This document shows, piece by piece, positions 42,688-43,480 of a DNA stretch of 43,480 nt (its first letter is position 1; every line of letters starts with the position of its first letter). Location: positions 1 to 43,480 of the forward strand of contig DAIRTT010000002.1 in the NCBI GenBank assembly GCA_036803745.1, given 5' to 3'. This stretch comes from Solirubrobacteraceae bacterium (GTDB taxonomy: Bacteria; Actinomycetota; Thermoleophilia; Solirubrobacterales; Solirubrobacteraceae). Below the pieces are notes generated by a model. That model was not told where the DNA came from. It worked only from the letters and a program-made list of their open reading frames with translations, and made no database searches. The position numbers and the translations under genes were made by a program.

Positions 42688-43480
42688 ATGCTCAGACTCG
42701 CCCGCTGGTCGACAACCCACCGAATCTATGTGGCGATCGGATGGATGGTGCTGCTGTTCGCGGTCAACGCGTTCGCGCAGTCGGCCGGCACCAGCTACTC
42801 GAACAACTTCACGCTCCCCAACTCAGACGCCCAGCGAGCCGCCGATCTGCTCGACCACAGCTTCCCCAAGCAGGCCGGCGACCGCGACTCGATCGTCTTC
42901 AGGGTCTCCGGCGGCAGCGTCCTGAACCCGGCGGTGAGGGCGCGGATGAGCACGATGTTCGCCGAAGTCGCGAAGCTCCCACACGTGGCCGGCGTCGTCA
43001 GTCCCTACGGCGGAGCGACCGCGGGGAAGGCGATCTCAAAGGATGGGCGGATCGCGTTCGCGACCGTGGTGTTCGATGAGAAAGCCAACCTGCTGCCCAA
43101 GGGCGCGCCCGAACGCGTCGTCCAGGTCGCCCGCGCCGCAGCCCAGCCGGGGCTGCAGGTCGAGCTCGGAGGCCAGGCGATCGAGATGACCGAGCAGAGC
43201 GGTTTCGGGATCTCGACCGCCGTCGGGCTGATCGCTGCAATCGTCGTGCTGTTGCTGACGTTCGGCTCTCTGATCGCGATGGGCCTCCCGATCGTCACGG
43301 CCCTGTTCGGGCTCGGCACCGGTCTCGGCGCGATCGCGCTCTTCACCCACGTCGTCGACACACCGAACTTCTCCTCCGAGCTCGCGGCCATGATCGGCCT
43401 CGGCGTCGGCATCGACTACGCGCTTTTCATCCTCACGCGCTTCCGCGAGGCCTACGCGACCCCGGGGCCGACGTTCGAGA
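42688..43480 (+). CDS. MMPL/RND family transporter, 5' part (runs off the window end)
   Basis: Translated by hand because it is absent from the ORF track: MLRLARWSTTHRIYVAIGW...FTLPNSDAQRA...LLLTFGSLIAMGLP...MIGLGVGIDYALFILTRFRE. Confidence 0.9.
   Translation, partial: MLRLARWSTTHRIYVAIGWMVLLFAVNAFAQSAGTSYSNNFTLPNSDAQRAADLLDHSFPKQAGDRDSIVFRVSGGSVLNPAVRARMSTMFAEVAKLPHVAGVVSPYGGATAGKAISKDGRIAFATVVFDEKANLLPKGAPERVVQVARAAAQPGLQVELGGQAIEMTEQSGFGISTAVGLIAAIVVLLLTFGSLIAMGLPIVTALFGLGTGLGAIALFTHVVDTPNFSSELAAMIGLGVGIDYALFILTRFREAYATPGPTFE

Overview
High-GC bacterial DNA, most likely Actinomycetota (Thermoleophilia/Solirubrobacterales is an inference from protein style), forming a roughly 36 kb phosphate-centred locus. 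The right half is a recognisable phosphate regulon: two unrelated pstSCAB operons, DUF47, phoU, an orphan OmpR/PhoB-type response regulator, a receiver-less copy of its DNA-binding domain, sixA and ppk1. Housekeeping-type genes follow (BCP peroxiredoxin, PQQ-like propeller lipoprotein, flavin disulfide reductase, YqgE, a hydrolase and a partial MMPL). Divergent from the first pst operon is the best candidate for an undescribed system: a tightly coupled 13.4 kb operon. It encodes an atypical FtsH paralogue and five secreted proteins: a fibre/C-type-lectin-like protein, propeller/Ig proteins, and a membrane-anchored ~1500 aa protein with an apparently dead metallophosphoesterase domain. A secreted PKD protein follows on the same strand. 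Beyond an intervening arsenic cassette (arsJ-gap, arsR-arsM) lies an orphan, non-lipidated, Cys-rich PstS-like protein. A shared 11-bp-period TTCAC-n6-(TTCAC/GACAC/GAAAC/GCAAC) motif occurs upstream of most of these units, suggesting one regulon. All calls come from reading motifs by eye; no searches were run.
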